64,000 bases of DNA, taken from Protoeuglena noctilucae (lineage: Eukaryota). The DNA lies in contig OY253670.1 in NCBI GenBank assembly GCA_958009085.1, positions 434,001 to 498,000 of the forward strand, written 5' to 3'. A program made the translations under genes and the position numbers. Below the pieces are notes generated by a model. The model ran no database searches. It was not told the DNA's origin and saw only the letters and a list, made by a program, of their open reading frames with translations. Below are positions 59,122 to 64,000 of the stretch, piece by piece; position 1 is the first letter of the stretch; every line of letters starts with the position of its first letter.

Positions 59122-62100
59122 ATGGCGGCGCCGACCTGGGAGGCGCTGGGGCTCGACCCACAGCTCCTCCACGCCCTGAACCGGCGCGGCCTGGACAAGC
59201 CGACCCCCGTGCAGGTGTCCCGTGCGAGCGCGCGTGCCGAGACACGACACATTTATCTATCTGTTGCGCGCAGCTCTCGTGCTTCCGGCGCCTCAGGCGG
59301 GCGCGGGCAGGCTTGCTGCCGTCTATACAAGCTGTGCGCGACGCGCCGCGGCAGCGACAGCGACGAGCGTCACACTCATGAGCTTACATCATGCGAATGC
59401 AACCTTCGTCACACTCATGAGCTTACATCATGCGAATGCAACCTTTCTCGCCGCCCCCGCAGGCCGCTGCCGTCCCCCGCATGCTGGAGGGCCGCGACGT
59501 CGTCGCTACGGCCCGCACCGGGTCTGGCAAAACGTTGGCGTACCTCCTGCCCGTGCTGCACCGCATCCTCGCGGCCTCCTCGAACGACGGGCCTCGCGCC
59601 GCGTGGCAGGGCCTGGTCCTGGTGCCGACCCGGGAGCTCTCAGACCAGGTGAGCCGCCCCTTGCTGTTTGTTCGAGCATCAGGGGGCTGTGCATCCAGTG
59701 CACAATAGATCCGCACATCCATCCCAGCTATGCAACATATCACCGCAGCGTGACCCTCACCACACAACTGCACCTTGCGCGCCACCCACTTGAGCCCCAA
59801 CCTGCCACGTCACTCTCCTTTCATCAACAATCAACACCTTTCCTGACCTCGTTCCCCGATCCCCGCAGGTCAAGGAGGAGGCGCAGTCGGTCACCAAGCA
59901 CCTCAGGGGCTGCCTGGCCGTCACGTCTCTGGCACCGGCGTCTGGCGCGGGGTCGGCACGCGGCAACGACGCGCAGCTTCGGGCTCTGTGCGCCTCCGCC
60001 GGTCCCCTCGTCGTGGCCACGCCCGCCCGCGTCGCGCTCGCCCTGAGTCAGGGCATCCTGTCCAAGGAGGCGATTAGGAAGAGCCTCTGGTGAGCTGCAG
60101 CACAAAGCACGATCGATGGGCGCGCTCAAGTAAAGCGGTGTGCTGCACCTCTCTGAGCCTCACCTCCCTCCCTACGCCTCTGTTTGTGCTTGATTAAGCC
60201 CGTCTTCCCTTATATCTCCCCCGCGCCAACCCTCATTTCACAACCCCGTCTCCCCTCATCTCGCCCCACTCCACCCCACCCCTCCCCCCCTGTCACCTGT
60301 CTCCCCCCCCTCTCGCCCCACGCCACCCCTCTCTCTCTGCCCCGTCCCTCAGCGCCCTGGTGTTGGACGAGGCCGACCTCCTCCTCTCCTACGGCTATCA
60401 AGACGACCTGCAGTCACTTGTCCCATTGGTGCCCAAGTCGTGCCAGACGGTGCTCATGAGCGCCACCACGTCCGCGGAGGTGGAGCAGCTGCAGAGGTGA
60501 GGGTGGGGTGGGGCAGGTTACGCGACGACAAACACCACTGCAGAGACAGGCAACTAGAATGGAATTGACGCTGTCATCGCACAATCGCAGGCTGGTCCTG
60601 CGCAACCCCGTCAGCCTGGACCTGACAGCGGCGGCCGTGCAAGAAACGCCGAATGGCGATGGCGGTAACGACCACGCCCAGACTGGCGCCGAGGCCGCCC
60701 CGCTGGGGGTGTCAGAAACCATCGAGCATTGCGTGCTGCGGTGCCCGCGGGAGGACAAGCTGCTATACTGGTGAGCTGGGAAGAGCGGGAGCATGGGGTG
60801 GCGGGCGGCGGTGCATGGGGTTACCCAACCCCAGCGCTAGCAACCCTAAACTTCGTTTGGGATTGCGTGTCGCCTTACCTGTGAAGATGGCCCTTGCCAT
60901 GCCCATCGCAACCCTGTTGCCCCCGCAGCATGGCTGTCACTCGCCTGGGTGCGGTGCGCCGCAAGGTGTTGATCTTTGTCAACACGGTGCCCCAGGGCTA
61001 CAAAGTGAAGCTATTTCTGGAGGCGTTCGGAGTGCGCGCGGCCCTCCTCAACGCCGAGCTGCCGCTGAGGTGAGGCGCTGCTGGGGGTTGGATGAAGAAA
61101 GGTGCGATAAGGGGTGGACGAAGTGAGTTGGGACGAAGTGAGTTGGGATGAAGAGAGGTGGCAGATGGCGCATTGGGTGGTGGGGTAGATGGGATGGGAT
61201 GGGGCGGCACATGCGACAGCGAGGGGCGTGTAAGGCATGTCGCAGTCAAGCACGGCTGCAGTGACTCTCTCGCTTGTCCCACTCCATCTCAAGCCACATC
61301 TTACATTCCTTTCAACATCTTACATCCCCAATCAGTCCTCCGTTCCCCGCAGTTCCCGCCACAGCGTGCTGCAGCAGTTCAACAAGGGACTGTTCGACTT
61401 CCTCATCGCGACTGACACGCGTCCTGACGACACGGGCGTCAGTCAGACTGGGGGAGACCCTGGGGGGTCAGGGGCATTGGAGAGAGTTCCCAAGCGTGGC
61501 AAGGATAAGGATAAGGCGAGGGACGGTGGTTTGGTTCGGGGGACTGTACAACCGTCGCATACGCCAATGGTGTTAAATCATAAGAACCCTTAACCATTTG
61601 TCAATAATAACCATTTATCGATGCGTGCAGGGCAAGGGCGGTCGCAGGAATGGGGACAAGGGGAAGGGCAAGGGCATGGATGACCAGGAGGAGTACGGAG
61701 TGACGCGTGGCGTGGATTTCAAAGACGTCAAGACGGTCATCAATTTCGATGCGCCCCAGGTGAGGGAGGGAGGGAGGGGGGGTGTGGGTGTGGGTGTGGG
61801 TAGCAGTGTGGGTGTGGGTGTGGGTGTGGGTGTGGGTGCGGGTATCGGTGCCGGTGTGGGTGTGGGTGCAGGTGCGGATGGCAGGGTGCGGGTGCATGCG
61901 CTGTTCCTGCCTGTTGCTGTATTGAGTTTCATCTACCTTCCAACTCGCTCACCCACTACCCCACCCCACCGCCACCCTCAGTCCGTGGCTTCGTATGTCC
62001 ACCGGGTTGGTCGCACCGGGCGAGCGGGCGGGGAGGGGCTGGCTGTGACGCTGGCGTGTCCGGAGGACGAGGGCATTATTCAGGACATACACGAGGCGTT

Positions 62101-63516
62101 GGGGTGAGCGATGGGGGAGGAGGGGACGTAGGTGGGGGTTTGTTGGTGACGGTGAGGATGAGTTGTGCGGGTGCTGGGGTGTATGAGCGGTGATCATGGC
62201 GGACACTACCTCACGCAGTGGTGCCAGTCGCCAGCCCTCGTTGCCCTCGGGCGACGCCGAGAGGGACATGGATGACGAGAAGGGTGGCGATGACATGGGT
62301 GTCAGTGATAGGGGCGATGGTGGGGCAGAGAGGGCGGAGGGGCAGAGGCTGCGGCGGGGCGGCTTGCGGCCCTTCCGGAAGCTCAAAAAGGACATTGTGG
62401 AGGGATTGAGGTACCGCGCGGAGGACGTGGCGCGGGGCCTGACCAAGAACGTGCTGCGGGAGGCCAGGGTCAGGCGAGAACGTGCTGCGTGGTGCGCGCT
62501 GTGCCGTTCGACCAATACGGATCGCAGTAGCCCCGACTCAGGCAATCTTATCCCGAATTTTCAAATCGTGCTGCGCGCAGGGACGTGCGCATCGAGCTGC
62601 TCAACTCGGAGCGCCTCCAGTCGCATTTCGACGCCAACCCTCGCGATCGTGAGGTGCTGAGGCACGACAAACCCCTTGCCAAGGGCCCGGGGGCGGCCAA
62701 GGCCACGCGGGGCATACCCTCCTACATCCGCCAAAAACCCATGACGCAGGGGGTGAGCTGGGGTGGGGAGGTGGGGGTGACAGAGTGGCTGGGAGCGCTG
62801 CTTTGGGAGGCGGGGGTTTGCTCTTAGTTCTTTCTAAGCCCGCGGCTGGCCCGACAACTAAGTGATCGTATCACTCAGTCGATCGGTTAGATAGTACGGT
62901 AGTGCGATGTGCAGCCGAGTCGGTCTCACCTGTCGTGCGGAGCGATTCCCGCAGTGCGATGCGGGGAGCGGGGGGGGTGGCAAGGCCGGGGGCCGTGTGG
63001 GGGGCAAGAGGAAGAGGTCGGGAGACGACCCGTTGAAGGCGGGGTTCCTGAAGGTGAGAGTGGGAGTAGATAGGCACTAGGAGATATCTACTCCTGGCAT
63101 CTAGGAGTAGATGCCACTAGTAGGCAGGTCTAGGAGTAGGCAGGTCAGCCTACTCCTAGTACCTGACCTGGTACTAGGAGTCAGGTCAGAACCGGGGTCT
63201 AGGAGTAGGCAGGTCTAGGAGTAGGCATCTAGGAGTAGATATGCAAGTGGCCCAGCATGTCGTATCCTCACGCCACCTCCGCTCCTCGGTTGCGATCTGC
63301 GAGCTCCTCTTTGCTGTGTGCCATGGCACGCCACACGTGCACATTGCCGCGCCGTGTGTCATTGCACGCCACGCATGCATGTTGCCACCGCGTTGCCACG
63401 GCCACCCGCGCTCTCAGGTGGCTCCGAGGGACGAGGGGATGACGCTGATGGAGGCCAGGGCAGCCAAGGTGGCGAGGAAGGAGGAGAAGAAACGGAGAAA
63501 GGCAGGGCGGCGATAG
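59122..63516 (+). CDS. DDX56: DEAD-box RNA helicase DDX56/Dbp9 (plant RH16-like)
   Basis: Q motif PTPVQ; ARTGSGKT; VPTREL; LVLDEADLLLSYGY; MSAT; EEYGVTRGVDF; YVHRVGRTGRAG. Dbp9-specific tail LRYRAEDVARGLTK...ELLNSERLQSHFDANPRD...LRHDK. Confidence 0.96.
59368..59445. repeat. Perfect 39-bp tandem duplication in DDX56 intron 1
   Basis: CGTCACACTCATGAGCTTACATCATGCGAATGCAACCTT x2. Confidence 0.95.
61781..61868 (+). repeat. (GGTGTG)n microsatellite in the 5' part of a DDX56 intron
   Basis: Directly visible. Confidence 0.9.
63062..63241. repeat. Cluster of direct and inverted CTAGGAGTAG repeats in the last DDX56 intron
   Basis: Five exact direct copies (63101, 63130, 63199, 63215, 63229), one exact inverted copy (63150) and several variants. 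Confidence 0.9.
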
Positions 63517-64000
63517 CTGCGTGGCTAGGCGCTGATATCAGCGGGTGGCTAAGCGTGGGGGGTGCGAGTGCGGGGCATGGGTCGGGTTTCACACGGGTGC
63601 GAGTACGATCATAGCTTCAAAGAAAAGCTGCCAAAGCTGCCTCCTATTGCTATGAGCTTCACACAAGCGCTGCAGCGAGCAGCTAGGCGCGCGTTGGGAC
63701 CTGGCAAGGAGAGCAAAGTATCCTACAATGCGCTTCATAACAAGGCGAATTACGTCATCTTGAGGACAGAGATAGGCCCAGGGAGGCTGCAAAAGCAAGA
63801 GACGAGGACAAGAGTCAGCGGCTGGCATTGTGTGCATGGTGTGATTATTGGAACCGACGGGGGGTGGTGCTGGCAACTGCACGAGGGTTGTGTGGCACGA
63901 CCAAAGCGTCCGGCTTGGCTGTGTGCTCTGCCCGAACGGGCGGCATGGTGGCTGAGGCTTGGGAGGACCACGATCGTACGAGCCCCGATGGGCTCCGTGG

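Noticed and set aside
50590..63516. Non-standard genetic code (TAR = Gln, as in some ulvophytes)
   Set aside because: COPB1, UTP15 and DDX56 end at TAG at the expected positions, and conserved exons have no in-frame TAA/TAG.
63589..63971. Short minus-strand ORFs at the window end
   Set aside because: No motif, atypical codon usage; could be UTR or intergenic.

Overview
GC-rich, gene-dense, intron-rich eukaryotic nuclear DNA, most likely from a flagellate green alga (inferred from three centriole/cilium genes and transit-peptide-like N-termini). In order it holds: the tail of an unknown gene, a DZIP1-like gene, a CEP95-like gene, a large TmcB/TmcC-like multi-PAS membrane protein, an apparently intact 5.57-kb Plavaka-type DNA transposon (CATCGGGAAAACC termini, AA target duplication, spliced transposase), a nardilysin-like M16A peptidase cut by a 200-N gap, CFAP92, a signal peptide peptidase-like protease, an unknown LRPG-repeat protein, acylamino-acid-releasing enzyme, COPB1, UTP15 and DDX56/DBP9. 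The most unusual signal is in the introns. About 20 of them carry 'echo' copies of the neighbouring exon edge plus splice site. These differ from the exon mostly at synonymous codon positions, and one echo appears to copy the spliced exon-exon junction. GC-AG introns are also very common, and there is a 54-bp-arm pre-miRNA-like hairpin. All exon structures and counts were read by eye and need confirming with RNA-seq and raw reads.
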